Positions 47,185 to 63,041 of a stretch of DNA of 64,000 nt are shown piece by piece; positions within the stretch are counted from its first letter, which is position 1, and each line of letters begins with the position of its first letter. Under the pieces are notes generated by a model that was not told the origin of the DNA, did not search any database, and saw nothing but the letters and a program-made list of their open reading frames with translations. The stretch is from the human T2T-CHM13v2.0 reference genome, Homo sapiens. Location: NCBI RefSeq assembly GCF_009914755.1, contig NC_060936.1; one strand, written 5' to 3'. The position numbers and the translations under genes were made by a program.

Positions 47185-47626
47185 CTCACTATGATGGGAT
47201 GAAAACCACACTTCACCTCGTGGTCTTCCTCCCCCAAACCCATAACCCAGGCTAATCATAAGGAAAACGCACATAGCACCTAACTGGCATGCTTCGAAAC
47301 TGTCAGGGTCATTTAAAAAAGCAAGGAAAGTCAGAGAAGCTGTCAAAGCCAAGAGGCGCCTGAGAGACATGACAACTAACTGCAATGTGGTGTCCTGCAG
47401 GGGATCCTGGAGCAGGAAATGGACATTTGATAAAAACCAAAAATATGTGAAGGAAGTATGGACTTCAGTGAATAATAATGTATCAAGATTGGTTCTTTAG
47501 TTGTAACAAATGTACCTTAGTCAAGTGTTAACACTGGAGGAAACTGGGCATTGGGTGTATACATACAGGAACTCAGTATTTGCAACCTTTCCGTAAGCCT
47601 AAAACTATCCTAAAAGTTTATTTAAA
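47185..47626 (+). mobile_element. L1MC-like 3' end fragment
   Basis: gagacatgacaactaactgcaatgtggtgtcctg...ggatcctggagcag...gttgtaacaaatgtacc. Confidence 0.7.
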
Positions 47627-50600
47627 GGAAAAAGAGAGCATAGCATTTGCTGAGAGATCAGACATGGACACGGAGTGCGAGCGGTCACAGCCAATGCTTT
47701 GGATATGAACAATCAGGTGATCAATGGTGCCAACTAAAGAGAAGAAATGCTGACTAAGGTGTGAAGCTGGGAGATGAAATCAAGAGCTCTCTACCCCTCC
47801 CTTTCTATTCCTCGGTGGACAAATAAAATCAAAATATAGACAGTTATTACTCAATTTTTAAAAAAATTTCCATTTTTGTAAAAATTGCTTATTTTTTAAA
47901 AAGGGTAATTATGAAGGAGCTGGAAGCTTTTATGTTTGCTTTTTGGAGAGATACTAAATTGCAAATTTACTGTTCTATGACTGTGCGTCTCAAAAGCGAT
48001 GTCTTTCCATTTCTACAACTACACAAAGTGCATCGGTCTTGGCTGCAAAAATGGCCCTGAACTCAGTGCATCTTCGAAGAATTATTTTGTTTAATCAGAA
48101 GAGAAAAATTTGCGTAAGCATAACTGACTCTACTAATATGCCTGATATAATTAGTATTATAACTATAGTTTTATCAAAGCAACAAACAGACATAATGAGA
48201 ATGAAATTTCAATGATCTTAAATCTAGAGGCTTTTCAAATAATAGTGATTGCAGCTTTTATTTTATCCATCTATTTCATCTCCCCCTCAAATTTCATAAA
48301 CTTTTTATGTTCACAAATTTTTTATTTTCATGAATATTTTATTTGCATCTGAACAAAAAAAACCATAGGATGGAAAGGTGTTAGTAACCCCATAAGAGAT
48401 GCAACATGGAGTCGAGGAGAGAATAGAGTCCTTTGGAAACAGACAGACTTGAGTTCAAATCCTGGTTCTGTCTCCTACTGGCCTGTGGCCTTGATCTAGT
48501 AGCTTAATTTTTTGAACCTCAGTTTCCTCAGCTGTAAACAGAGACAACATGTGTGTGCAGGGTTGTTGTACAGATTAGAAACAATAGTATTAGTATTAAT
48601 AAATAGCTAACCTTTATTGAGTGTTTTCTATGTGCCATCTACTTTACATTTACTAATTCATTTACCACAGTGACTGTGAGGAAAGCACTGTTACTACGCC
48701 CATTTTACAGGGGAGAAAACTGAGGTCCAGAGGAATTGAGTGAGTCAATCAAGATTATGTAGGAACTAAGTGATAAAGGCAGAATTTGAACCCCAGCAGT
48801 GAGGCCTTAGAACCTGTGCTTTCAGCACCTAGTGGACAGTCAATGAACACTGCCACTGGGATCATGGCTTGCTTTTTATAAATGACATCAAAGTCACAGA
48901 AAACACTGCAGCTGACCTGGAACTGAAATGCCAGGACCAATATAACACCCCTTTGGATCCACCTTTTAGGGGGTAGTGAACAGATGGCATGGGGTGGCAG
49001 GCAGGAACCAAGGTCAGAACCACCTCGTTCTTAGTTGGCTTTCATCTCATGATCCAGGCAAAGGACCGCAGTTTAGATGGAAGAGAGTAGTCCCTTGAAC
49101 AAACGAGACCTGCTGCTGGATGCCAAGTGGCTAGGTGGTTTTACATCTAGTAAAGTGGCCATAACTAAAGAAAGCAGGCTGCTGGCATAGTGGCAGAAGG
49201 GAAGCTTCTTTTTGGCAAATGCCATGACTGCATTTTGGATATGGACAAAATGAGCTGCTTAAATCCACAGATAACTAAGAGCTGAGGGGGATCAGAAAAT
49301 ATGCTGAATCTAATGGTTAGGATCCAAAACTAAGGAGAACTTTGGCTGCATTAATAAAAGTACGGCATCCAGAACCAGGGAGGTGATGGTCTCCTTCTAT
49401 TCCACTCTAGCCAGACCCCACCTGGGGTAACATCTTCAAGGCCTCACATTTGAGAGAAACAAACCAGAGCACACACAAAGGAAGATGACTAGGACGATGA
49501 AAAGAAAAGAGGACAAATGAGAACAGTTAAAAGAGCTAAGAACAATCAACTTGGGAAAAGTCTTAGAGGGCGTAATGGCTGGTCTATACAACACTAGCCC
49601 ATTATATGTCTGGTACTCGAATGGTTAAATATAAAATAGTAGTTTGCATAATTTGGGTTTAGAAGTTACTCATACCCACCCTCAGCCCTCCTTTGCTGCC
49701 AACTCCTTCAAGATTTGGCTGAAATATCACCTTCTTCTTTGCTTCCCCAATTCCCTAAGGCAGAGAAAGTTGTTCTAACCATCACAGTCAGACACACTCA
49801 ATGTCTAAGGAGACCTCCACTAGGAGGCTGCATAACTGATCTACCCACGTGACCGACGACCCCACTGGGCTGTTGGTTCTCCACGGGCAATGCCTGTCTC
49901 CTACTCATCTTTATCTTCCCAGCTTGTATTGCAGGGCTTGGCACAAGGAGGCTTAAGAAACATGTGAAGCAATAAATCAAGGAAGAAAAGAGGTCAATGG
50001 TAACAGCTGTATGAAGGCAAAATTGTTCAACCCATGGAAGAACTTCCCAAAAATCAGAACCACCTCCTATGTCAACATGCACCTGTCTGAAATGGAGAGC
50101 TGAGCTGTACTTCCCGGGAGGGGTCTCAAAGGGTACGGGCCCACAAGACTTCTGAGGACACTTCTTTTCCTGCTTCCTGAAATGTGTACTCAAATCAGAC
50201 TACAGAAAAAAATGATAGGGTTGCATATTTTCTTTTTTTCCTTCCTCATTAAAAACTCTCAACAATACTACGTATCAGAAGAAAGACATTCAAATATGCT
50301 GTACTCAGCAATTCAAATTGGTGTTGAAGGTAAAACATCTCCTATCATTTGAGGAATTCCTCCTAACCAGAATTCAACAGGCAGGCTGCCAATTCATCAA
50401 GCTCCAGGAGACACCGTGTCATTCTGTGAAAGACGAGAGTGTAAATATCTACAGCCAAATCTCCACTAATGCACATCTTGGGAAGGTCTTTTGCCAAAAG
50501 ACATCTAAAGACTTTTTTTAAAAAAACTATCATCTTCCAGATAAGAGTTACTTGGAAGGGAACAAAATCTACTTATTCATTTAGCAACAATTTATTAAAT

Positions 50601-50637
50601 GACTTCTCTGTGGCAGACTTGGGGTCATGTCAGCTCA

Positions 50638-51580
<943 letters not shown>

Positions 51581-51909
51581 CATTTGCTACCGAAAAGAAC
51601 ATTTGCTTCAACATCACAAAAAAGATTTGTTTAAAAAATATATTTGCAGATTTTAGAAAGTAAAAGTATAGTTAACAAAATCTAAATATCATACATCATC
51701 TCACCACCCAGAAAAAAACTACTGACATTTTATGTATTTGCTGCCAACATTCTTCTATGTATGTATTTTACATAGCTAACCTCACACTATATTTACAGGT
51801 TTGCATTGAGCTCACTAAATTTAATATTCAATCATGATCCTACACTTTTTGAGAACAAACTATTACATGAGACTTTCATATATATTGGTGTGCCATAATC
51901 AACCTACTA

Positions 51910-52140
51910 CAGGTTGAGCATCCCTTATCCAAAACGTTTGGGAACAGGACCATTTTGGATATAGGATTTTTTCATATTTTGGAATATCTGCATTATACCT
52001 ACCAATCGTGGCTCCCTAATCAAAAAGTCCGAAATTCAAAATGCTCCAATGAGTGATTGGACTATCATGTCAGCATGCAAAAGTTTGAGATTTTGGAGCA
52101 TTGTGGATTTTAGATTTTCAGATCAGGTATGTCCAACCTG
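51910..52140. mobile_element. Tigger4a/MER46A MITE
   Basis: TA-caggttgagcatccct...tccaacctg-TA, TIRs plus TA TSD. Confidence 0.85.
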
Positions 52141-52261
52141 TACTCTATGTTACACATTTAAGTTTTTTCCTATTTAATAAAAATAACACTGCAATGAGCA
52201 CCTTCATGTGTTAATCTTCACCTTTCAGATGATTTCCTTCAGATGGGTTTGTAGACGTGTG

Positions 52262-53205
52262 ACTACCTTCTACCATCAGGGTCCACTGGATGTTAGGTTT
52301 GGGTTTCTTTTTTGAGCAGTTCTAACTATTTGTAAGGACTGCTACTTCATGATTTCTATTTTTTTCTTGGAAGCCTTTCAAAAATTCATTCTACTTTACA
52401 ATTTCCATGAGTCCACTGGATGCTTTTAAAAAATCTAAGATGTGATAGAGGATGTTGGTGATCTTATTTTTCCAGTATGCTGAAATGCTTTATTATTAGA
52501 ATTATTTCATCATTACCTCTCAATTATTGCCACCTATGATTTTTTAAAAGACTAAATTAAGAAAGCAGGAGAATAAGAAATTACTTAAGATAGTGCAGTA
52601 GTGAAATAAGTCATCACTATGACATCATCCTTCAGTTCTCATGGCACTGCGCAAAGAACTGCATCACTTTCAAGAAGGTATAAAAGAAGTCTGAAGATAA
52701 CATCTTTGCAGTCTTTTCTTTTTTCTTTTTTTTTTTTTTTGCTTTCATGGAACACTGTTGAGAAATCAGTTTTTCATTTTCCATCCATAACAGCAAAAAG
52801 AAAAAAAAAAAAAAGAAAGCTAACAGGGCAAGACATCTCACAGTTATCAGATGTGCCAGGAGGTGAATGCAGAGAGAGACAGCAGTTCTCTAGGCCTAAT
52901 GATGATGGAGAAACTGATCATAAGGGTGACATCTCAGACGACGAGGCCTCCATGGCCATATCCTAGATGAAATTCAGGATCAAAGACTGAGCAATAGATT
53001 TCAAAAGACAAAAAAATGTGATATTCTCATCAGATTAATCATTTAACAGGACAAACACAATCATCCAATTTTTTATGACAAAAACACAGACTATCCTATT
53101 TTGCTAAAATTATATATGACAGTTTTTTTTTCACCTTTTATGATGTTTATGCACCAAAATTTTCTTGAAATGGCTCACAGGCAGACAAATGCTGAAGGCA
53201 GGTGA
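52262..53205 (+). mobile_element. Looper-like piggyBac DNA transposon fragment with decayed transposase N-terminus
   Basis: Resembles my recollection of the Looper consensus (atatcctagatgaa...tttgctaaaa...ttttatgatgtttatgcaccaaaattt...gacaaatgctgaaggcag). ORF tail KRKLTGQDISQLSD...DDGETDH...ISDDE looks like a piggyBac acidic N-terminus. Confidence 0.65.
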
Positions 53206-54141
53206 CTTTTTGGAGATAGGTACATGTACATAAAACCTGAACTGTCCATATTTTACTACTTTTCACATTACTAAGGACAACCACCTGACTCTATTATAAC
53301 AGCTAATATTTATTAAGCACTTACCATGTACCACATGCTATCAAGAAGACTTTACATTCTCTCATTTAATCCTTCCCACAACCTTAGGAAGCAAATACTA
53401 CTTTATCCCCATTTCACAAACAAAGACACTAGAGATGCATGGAAATTACTTTATTTGCTAAGGATACACCAGCACCAAATGGCAGGGCTGGGATTTGAAC
53501 CTGGGAAGTTTGGCTCCAGAATCTATGTTCTTAACTCCCTTTCAGGTGCATTTTTTCCTAAAATAAAAGAAAGTCAATCCATCATTTCTGAGCTTCCCCT
53601 TTCCTTTCTACTCACTTCTTTCTGACTATGAATGGCACATAATATACTCATTCACTCTAAAAAGCCACCTGAAACGTTCAAGAAGCATTCCTCTTGCATA
53701 GTAACAGCTCCAGTCAGGGCACTGAGGCCCCAGTCAGGGACCAACCCAGCCACAGTGAGGTATTCTGAGCATTTCACAAGGCTCCTTAACAGCTTTGAGA
53801 TCTGAATCCCTCTCAAAACCTAACAGAAGCTACGGAATCCTCTCCATGCATGTGCAGATTTTGCAGAAAATTTCATGGGATTCATCCCCTAAAGCCTATT
53901 CATGGCTCCCAATTAAGTTCCCACATTGCACCTAGTTTATTAAAACCAAGCCTTTATATCCCTACACAGAATTTCCAGGTCATTATGAAGGCACATGTAT
54001 GAACCAATAAATTAATTTCACTCACACTGACAATCTAGATGTGACTGAGCCTACTGAAAACCCAAACAGTCAATTCACTGACAGTTCCATTTCTTTATTG
54101 GTTTTTCTTTCATCAAAATCAATGAGATAACGACCATGGCC

Positions 54142-54469
<328 letters not shown>

Positions 54470-55509
54470 TAAGACATATCTGTTACAGACATTTAAGAAA
54501 CTTAGAGTCAGGTAGTTCACAAGAACTGGTTCTAGGGAAGAGGAGAAGCTGGCAGACCTAAGCTCTTTGATATCTAATACTGAAGATCCTCTGGCCTTAT
54601 ATAAATCAATGGACCATTGCTGATGATATTTTCTGAATACGACCACGTGGCATCGTCCATATGATGCAAGTGAAGGGGAATCGCTTACAGAATGAGCAAA
54701 AGCTCCACTTTCACAAATGACCTTTCCAAAGGAGGTTCAAACAGCCTGCTTAATTAGAAGTTTATATTTAGAAATGGTGTTGGCAAGAAAGTCTCCCTCC
54801 CTTCCTGCTACCTCAGAAGACTATGTGAAGCCCTCAAGGAAAAACTACTATGATAAAAAATCGTGACTGGTCAGCACATCTCCAAAAGCTGCATGGGAAT
54901 TCCCCTGTGGGAGTGAAAGCCTGAGACACGTACATCACATGACACCATCACCTGAAAGCCTGGATGTTTAAAGTGTCATCCTCGAACACGAGGAGCAGCA
55001 TCTTAAAGGGATCTTGGCACCCCGTGCAAACTTTAGGAAGAAAAGTTAAGAACAAACATGAATAATTACAAAGCAAAAGAAAAAGAACGCCAACCACTCA
55101 CAAAAACAGAAACAGTCTGGCTAAACTTTAGACTCTAAAGTATAAACTGAATGCCTCTTGACTAGTCACTTACACACTTTCTCAAAGGAGAAACAAGAGT
55201 GGGTACCAATTTAGAAAGTGAATTCCTTTGTACATAGTGGATGATGACAGCAAGACTATACAATCAGTACAAAGAAATGGAGAGACAGCTCTGTTGCTGT
55301 GGCCACAGCTTGAGCAAAACTCAGTTCCAATGCAAGCCACTCTGAGCTGGGAGCTGTGCACCCTCCAGCACACAGTGTGGCAAGCTGGAAAGCCCCTGGC
55401 ACTTCCAGTTTTCAGCAGCTTCCAGCTTTTCGTCTGCTTATCCCACAGAGCACTGGGAAATGTGGTGAACAACCTATAGGAAAAACTGGTAAGCTTTCTG
55501 TTTTGGTTC

Positions 55510-56108
55510 TGGTTTTTTGTGTTTTTTATTGTGGCAAAATATACATTACATAAAGTTTACCATGTTAACCATTGCTAAGAGTGCAATTCAGTGGTATTAA
55601 GCACATTCACCTTGTGCAACCATCACCACCATCCAGCTCCAGAATTCTTTTCTTCTTGCAAAACTGAAACTCTGTACCCATTAAAAAACTCCTCATTCAC
55701 CCCAGCTTTCCCAGCAACTACCGCTCCACTTTCTGTCTCTATGAATCTGACTATTCTAGGAACCTCATAGAAGTGGAGTCATATGGTCTTTGTCTTTTTG
55801 CATAATGACCTCAAGGTTCATCCATGGTGTAGCATATGTCAGCCTCTCCTTCCTAAGGCTGCACAGTCCATTGTAGACATAAACCACCTTTTGTTTATCC
55901 ATTTGTCAATCAACAGGCCATTGGGTTGCTTCTACCTTCTGGCTGTTATGAATAATGCTGCTATGAACATACAAGTATCTGTTCAAATCCTCGTTTCCAA
56001 TCTTTTTGGGTGCATACCTAGAAGGGGAATTCTTGAATCATATGGTAATCCTATTTTTCATTGTTTTAGGAACTGCCCTACTGTTTTCCATAGTGGCTGC
56101 TCCATTTT
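55510..56108 (-). mobile_element. L1MB-like 3' fragment
   Basis: ttattgtggcaaaatatacat...ccactttctgtctctatgaatctgactattctaggaacctcata...aataatgctgctatgaaca. Confidence 0.85.
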
Positions 56109-56579
56109 GTTTTGCTTTTTTAAGGCCATCACAGAAAAATACCATTTCTTGTCTAAATTTTATCATTACTGTTGACAGAGAGAGAATATGAAAGAAGGCA
56201 GAACCTCATTCTGGTACAGAAGTCAGACACTTTCCACTTATTCAAGGAAACATTTTTAAGCTGTGTAAAGATGTGAGCTTGGAAAGTACAATTTTTGCCA
56301 AGTACTTTGTCTTCTTTAATGCTCAGAAATGCTAAATGACTCTCCCTTAGTACAGGCCTAGAGCTTGGCAGAGCTGTCACAGAGCAGTGTGTGGAGACAA
56401 CACCAAGCAGAAATTCATGGCCTGATTGATGTCAATGAATATTTATTCTTAATGTTTTAAAAAAATATGATGTGCCTGTCACTCAGGCCTTAGGCACACA
56501 GTACTGGAGAGCTCTAAAAGTTTACCAAATGCATTACTTGCTCTCATCGTTATCCCAGGAACCAGTCAGATAAAGACAG

Positions 56580-57475
56580 GAGGGTGCGAAGGATGGATCT
56601 GACAAACCGAGGTCCCAAAGGCTGCCTGTGGTAAGCGATGGCTGTGGGCACTGGGTGTCTGGGCCCCTCCAGTGTGGCTGTGCCATCTCATACTTGCTCC
56701 CATCCAGTTGGCTCCACTTTCCAGACACATGGGGAGGATCATAATCCTCCCTCCACTCCTCACCCCGACTCTGGCCAGCTCTGGTCACAACAGATCACAG
56801 GCAGAAGAGACATGTGTCACTTCTAGAGCTGGGCACACTCCCTTCTCCTACCGTGCCTATCATGGAGATATGATACAGGCACTACAACATGAAGTGGAGG
56901 CTGGAAGGCTAAGCCACCACGTGGAGCTGACTGCCCTGCAGAGTTGTGGGGGTCCCCCAGTAGACTCTGCAAGAGTGAGAAATAGGATTTGTTATAGCTG
57001 TCTGTAATAAGCCACTGGGATTTTGGTGTTGCTTGTCACTGCAGCATAACCTAGCCTAACCTGACTGATAAACCTTCAATACCATGATTTTGTTGGGAAA
57101 CCTCTCCTCCCCAACATTCAAACTGTATGGTCTCATGGGGTTCCATTCCTGACTCCAGAAGGAGGGCATGTAACCCAGGCCTGGCCTAACAGAGCACCTG
57201 AATTCCCTTAAGAATGCTGACTAGTTTGAGGCAGACATGGGATCCCCTCCAGCCAATCATCATACTTTCTCTACAGCCAAAGTGAACCAATAAGTCCAAT
57301 CAGGTCAATTTCTGGATTTGTAAGGGAATTTCAGGGAAGAGGCACTCTTTTCTTCCAAAGGTAGATTTAAGAGAACATAAATCTGGAGATGTGAGGGGCC
57401 ACTGCTAGGAACCTGGAAAAGATGTCAACGGGAAAGAGTTAAGTTTTCTATTGCTTACATCCAAAGGAATTCTAA
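56580..57475 (+). mobile_element. Old MaLR LTR fragments (MLT1-like)
   Basis: taagccactgggattttggtgttgcttgtcactgcagcataacctagcctaacctgactgata is an MLT1 3' terminus. Confidence 0.6.
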
Positions 57476-57799
57476 AAAAGTTTATTTTAAGAAAATTCAG
57501 CCACTCAAACTTCTGACGATAAATTTTTAACTTTTTAACCTGGTATCAAAGGCATTCCCTATGTATACTTTAATCCATTTCTCCAATCTTAAATTCTCCT
57601 TCCCATGCCCTACTTTCAACAAGATGGGTCATCCACTGCTCTGTGTTCTCCAACATATGCTGTAGCTGAATACTGACCAGAGTTACATCTGCCTGGAATA
57701 TTCTGTCTCTGTCTAATGTCTATGCATAAACACCAATCAGCTATGTGAAAAGAATGTCAAGTAAGACTTTCCTTCAAATTATGCTATAAAACAAAACAC

Positions 57800-57889
57800 C
57801 ATGTGAGTCAGAGTTTAAAAATTTTAAACATTAAAAAGGTAGAAAAAGAAACATGCGAGTCAGAGTTTAAAATTTTTGAACATTAAAAA
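57800..57889. repeat. ~38-bp imperfect direct repeat
   Basis: catg(t/c)gagtcagagtttaaaa...aacattaaaaa occurs twice. Confidence 0.85.
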
Positions 57890-60800
57890 CAAGAATATAT
57901 ACCATTTATTTCATCTCTGAATAAAACATAACTTTCCAAATGTTAAAAAAAAAAAAGCAACAGAATAAATCACGAAGAAAACTATTGACAGATTTGCAAC
58001 ATAAGATTTTTTAACACCTATGCATCTAAAAATATGAAAACAACAATTTGGGGAAAGAGGTGAGTATATTAGACCAAAAAATTGAAAAGACAAACAGCAA
58101 TGGTCTAGTATTCTTAATATTTTAAAAATCCATACAAAAGGAAATTAAATAGCTGGTAAACTAAATGTTCAACCACTCGAATTACCAAAAAAAGCGAATT
58201 AAAACAAGTAAACACAGTTAACAGTAGATGTCTCAACAGGTGGAATTGCAAATGTCTCTACTGTCTTTATTTCATTTACATGGTTTTCTATAATAAGCAT
58301 GTGTTATTTGGCTAAGAAATAAAGTAAGAAGTCATTTTCCTCTTGTCAGATTGCAGCAGTGTTTCTGCTGCTAGTGGTAGTGCTATCCGTGTGTGTTGTT
58401 TTGGGGGTGTTCTATTCTTGTTTTGTCTGTAATAACGGAATCTGGTGCCAGGACCTGGGCAGCTTCACTCCTTGCTGTTTAAGAATATAAATCAGAACAA
58501 GCTTTCTAGAAAACAGCTTGGCAATATGTATCAAGAGTCTGTTAAAAATATTCATACCCTTTGACCCAGTAATTCCCTTTCCAGGAATCTATGCTAAGGA
58601 AATAGAGATATAGGTAAAGATTTATATGCAAACATTTTGTTGCATTGATATTAATAAAGCAAAAACTGGGGGAAAACATGCTCCATTTGGAGGCCCAAAC
58701 GTACATCTCAGATATTTGAACTCAGAAACCCTACTATGTTAGCAAGAATATGATCAGAGAAGGTGAGATACACTTGAAAATCCTTAAAAGTTCAATTGTA
58801 TTGATAAAGTAAATCACAATCCCAGAGACACTAAGATGGCATTTTTCTTTAGTTATGATTTTTATTTTTGGTATATGTCCTAGATTTCAAGCTGTTTTTC
58901 TAGAAAAAAAGAATATACAGATCAGGAGTCCCTGAAGAAGAAATGGAAGAGGTGAAAAATTTCCCGGAGAATTTTAGAAGTTACAAAAAAAAAAAAACAG
59001 AAAAAGCCTCCATTCTCCACTACCCTCCATGTACCACGAGGCTTTCCGTGAATCTCCCCAGTGCTCAGTCAACCAAAAAGTTAATCTAGTGGATAATAAT
59101 TATGTGCATTTACTATATACCAGGCACTAAGAAGTACACGACCTCACTTAATGCAAGACACTATTATACCCATTTCACAGAGGAAAATGAAGATGAAATT
59201 AACAGCTCGAGGTCACATTTTAAATATCTATTTCTATGTTCCTAAATCAACAAAACAGAGCATTTTTTTGGTTTGTTTTCTGGGTGTTTTTTAATTTGCT
59301 TTTCCCTAATTGGACCAAATCTCAACTTCTGTTTATATTTCATAATATTCATATACTTCAAGAATACTCCCAGATATTCCAAATACTTTAAGATTTCATA
59401 TTTATTTAACATGGCTTCAAATTCTCCTTTAAAAGTTCACGTGTAGATTGAAAACATCAAGGTTTCAAAATTTCTTTTAAAAGTATACCTATGGATTGGA
59501 AATGTGAAAATAAGCATAGGCATTTTTTGTTTCTACACTGAGGCAGTATTTACCCTTTCCATTAACTCCACTACAGGTGAACTCAAGGTCCTATATCCAA
59601 ATTTTAAACTTTTAAACTTCACATCCCTAACTGCCAGTGAAAATGACAAGAAAAAGACACCCTAATTCAGGTGTTTTATCTCCTAGTAACTTTCACCAAG
59701 TTCCAACTTCCTTCTGCCCAGTCAGGCTAGGCACAGGGCAGTAAAGTCAGTTCTGCTATTAATGGTTGAAACATGTGAACCTCTTCTAATATGCTAGGGA
59801 ACAAGCTGATCATAATGCAATTTCACATTTGTTTATGTTTTGGTATGTTACACTCAGTGCCAACAAATGTTATTTGATATAGTTGTGTCCACTTAATATC
59901 CTTTCTGCTAATAATTCATTACAGTAAAGGAAACAGTTGAATAGAAAGTGTGACTTTGAAGGCCAAGGTTGAGATGACAATTCTTAAGAGTGTGTAACTG
60001 TTAGACCTTAAAGAGATTTAAATTTTTACCCAGAAACTGTTTTCTCCAGTATCTCTAATAACCACTCTGTTTTAAGTCATTTTTACTTCTGCAACAGTCC
60101 AATGGCAGATGTTGAGACGAAACAAAATGCCCAAGGTATCCTTTCCACGGTGAAAGTGAACACTGATAGGGTTACCTGCCCAGCATGCTCCAATCCTTAT
60201 GTAAGAAGTGACTCTTCTCCAGTTTCTTCTGGGACCTGCCCCTCCAGTCACAGCTGCTGGTCCAGGGCAGAACACCTGACTCACGCTGGGCCACTCCTGA
60301 GGTGGGTACCAGATTCAAGCCAGGCTAAACTGGAGTCCTTCTCTTATTTCTGTATTTTCACTTTATAGTTTTATTGAGGTGCAATATAATAAATTGCACA
60401 TAAAGTATACAGTTTGATGGGGTTTGACATATGCTGCAGAGACATCTGTGATGCCACCAACACAATAAAGGCAATGAGCACCTAACACCCCCTAGCCTTT
60501 CCTCACATTCCCTTAAATTCCAGCCCACCCTCCCTCCACCCCTGCCCAGCCCCAGGCCCTACTCATTTTCTTTTGGTAAGATTCCTTTGCATTTGCTAGA
60601 ATTTTACATCAGTGAGATCATACAACCTGTAGTATCCTTGTAAATTGGTTTTCTCATTTACTAGATCCATAGGAAATCCTTTTCAATAAGCACTTACCAT
60701 ATCTACAATGTGCCAGACAGTGCACAGGGCACCACATGGGGATTATAAATACAGAGCAATATCACAGGCAGTGGGGAAGACCAACAAACATCACACTGAT

Positions 60801-61269
60801 GCAAGACAGAGGAACTTGGCATGGGGCTGGGCATGCCCCCCCGGGAAGAGGCAATTCAAGAGTCAGTTTCATTGTGTCTGATAATCTAAGAAGAAACATT
60901 CATTTTTCCATTAGTTTATATATTTTGCATCGTCTCCGAGGAGAAGCAATCCATGACAAATACAATTACTCATCTGACTAACTAATAATGCACATGACAT
61001 TTATACTACTCCCACCAAAAGTTAAAATTATACCTCTTATTACCCTGTAAGTAATATCTGTATTTTGACTACTCCACAGAAATCCATCACACTTCTTGAA
61101 GTTACAAAAATAAAACTACATACAACTACATTTGAAATAAAATTAAATATAGTAATGGTTTAATGACAACCTAATCTTTAAAAAAAATCTTTAAAAAAAT
61201 CAACGGAACTGATCAAAAAGAAAAGTACATTCAGCTTCAGGGGAAAAAGTCCTTAGAAAAAGAAAATTG

Positions 61270-61531
61270 TGCATGGCACAGTGGCTCACACTTGTAATCC
61301 CAATGCTTTGGGAGGCCAAGGCAGAAGGATGGCTTGAAGCCAGGAGTTCAAGACCAGCCTGCGGAGCAAATCAAAACTCTGTCTCTAAAAAAAAATTTTA
61401 AAAGTAGCCAGGCACAGGTAGCTAATTGGGAGGCTGAGATAGAAGGATCCCTTGAGCCCAGGAGTTCAAGGCTGCAATGAGCTTGACTGTGCCACTGCAC
61501 TGTAGCCTAGGAAACAGAGCAAGACCCTATC
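61270..61531 (+). mobile_element. Alu (AluJ-like, internal deletion)
   Basis: Degenerate Alu. Confidence 0.88.
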
Positions 61532-61983
61532 GAAGAGAAGAGAGCCATGTCGAATGATCAAAAAATAGGCAAACTCAAAAATTTTTCATTAGAATATACA
61601 GGAAGTAGAAAAGAAATATGTATGCCTATATAAATGCCATCCACATGCTGTGCACCGGGTTCTTCTCATTCATCACCTCAATTAATGTCCCAAGAACTCC
61701 ATGAAGTAAATACTACAATCCCTCATATGCAGATGGGGAAAATAAGGCTAAGCAGCAGCTGGCCCAAAGTCACACAGCCATTAAACATTACAAGGTAGGT
61801 CAAATGTTTGGCACAGTGCTTGGCTCAAAGTAGGTGCTTCCTAACTGTCAGTCCCTTCTTTTTTCTATTCATTCATTCAACAAATAATTTTTCCTAGATC
61901 AGCAGTTACCAGCATAATCTGGGAAACCTCCCCAACCTCCTCTCCAGGGAATCTTTGAGATCAAAACTATTCTCATAGTAAGA

Positions 61984-62484
61984 TGTGGCAGACAGAATAA
62001 TGGCTCTCCAAAGATATCCACGTCCTAATCCCTAGAACCTGTGAATATGTTATCTTACATGGCAAGGGAGAATTAAGGTTGCAGATGGATTAAGATTGGT
62101 ATCAGCTGACTTTCAAATAAAGTTATTAGCCTGGATTATCCAGGTGGACCCAATGTAATCACAAGGGTCCTTAAGTGTGGAAAAGGAGGGCAGAAGATTC
62201 AGTGTGAGAGGGATGTGATTTGAGAAAGACTCAGAAAGCCATTGCTGGCTTTGAAAATGCAAGGGGCTACAAACAATGTGGGGAGCCTCTAGAAACTGAA
62301 AAGCTTAAGAAAACTGTCTCCCCCAGAACCTCCAGAAAGAAATGCAGTCCTGCAACACCTTGATTTTACCCCAGTGAGATCTATGTCAGACTTTTAACTT
62401 CCAGAACTATGAAGACAATATATTGTACTGTTGTCAATCACTAATTTGTGGTAATTTGTTACAGAAGCAATGAAAATTAAATAC
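61984..62484 (+). mobile_element. MLT1D-like solo LTR
   Basis: tgtggcagacagaataatggc...cctagaacctgtgaatatgtta...gtaatttgttacagaagcaatgaaaattaaataca. Confidence 0.85.
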
Positions 62485-62672
62485 AGAGACAATCTGCCTT
62501 TTTCACTCTCACCTCTTTTGCCAGAGGATACTGCAATAGACAGAATCAGATTTAAGAATCTGTCTATTAATCCAGACACCACAGAACTTTGCACAAATAT
62601 AAAACCATGACATTCTTCTAAATTTCTTTTATTTTGGATAATAGTCATTTTTCATAAAAAGCATGTGATTTA

Positions 62673-63041
<369 letters not shown>

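Noticed and set aside
55783-56191. 130-aa and 61-aa ORFs
   Set aside because: Antisense translation of an L1MB fragment.
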